DNA of 64,000 bases. It comes from Scenedesmus sp. PABB004 (taxonomy: Eukaryota). The notes beneath the pieces are model-generated. The model searched no databases. It had not been told where the DNA came from and worked only from the letters and a program-made list of their open reading frames with translations. Both the position numbers and the translations under genes were made by a program. Positions 63,872 to 64,000 of this stretch are shown one piece after another. The DNA is taken from NCBI GenBank assembly GCA_014905635.1, contig JABVCE010000020.1:496001-560000 (forward strand), written 5' to 3'. Position 1 is the stretch's first letter. The number at the start of each line of letters is the position of its first letter.

Positions 63872-64000
63872 TCACGCGGCGCGCCGCCGCGTCGCCTCGC
63901 TCGCGCCGGCGTCGCGCGCGATCGCGCGCGCGATGTGGCGGCCGAGGCTGTCGTAGCCGGTCTCGGTCATGTGCAGGCCGTCGTCGAGCCACTGCCCGCG
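63872..64000 (-). CDS. 3' end of an SGNH/GDSL hydrolase; the gene continues beyond the window
   Basis: WLDDGLHMTETGYDSLGRHIA matches the block V DxxH motif; stop at 63872-63874. Confidence 0.7.
   Translation of the reverse strand, partial: RGQWLDDGLHMTETGYDSLGRHIARAIARDAGASEATRRRAA

Overview
Eukaryotic nuclear DNA with extreme GC content (roughly 75-80% by eye) and many introns. It is most consistent with a chlorophyte green alga (inference from plastid-targeted genes, TGTAA poly(A) signals, GTGCGC/GTGAGC donors, selenoprotein machinery and gene content). Most long ORFs in the six-frame track are GC-driven shadows, so I rebuilt gene models by hand splicing. About 23 genes are present: NBAS/Sec39 (MIP2-like, 5' part outside the window), 2Fe-2S ferredoxin, Kazal+trypsin-like protease, OTU1/YOD1-type deubiquitinase, a hypothetical ORF, stomatin-like SLP2, V-ATPase G, prefoldin 4, expansin-like protein, MAPK15/ERK7-like kinase, Serinc, nucleoprotein TPR/NUA, FAD synthetase, GH1 beta-glucosidase, a degenerate CPBP-like membrane protein, TIP41, mL41, a spliced 70-aa microprotein, selenoprotein K, chlorophyllase-like hydrolase, F-box/LRR, a TPR3-like protein and the 3' end of an SGNH hydrolase. 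Highlights: (1) a four-exon selenoprotein K gene absent from the ORF track, with an in-frame UGA, a canonical SECIS and a possible second SECIS-like hairpin; (2) 16 inferred GC-AG introns in nine genes, all with exonic AG before the GC, far above the usual eukaryotic rate; (3) local copies of exon ends and telomere-like fragments in non-coding DNA; (4) unusual domain architectures. No RNA genes, CRISPR arrays or autonomous transposons were seen. All homology calls come from motif recognition and recall, not database searches.
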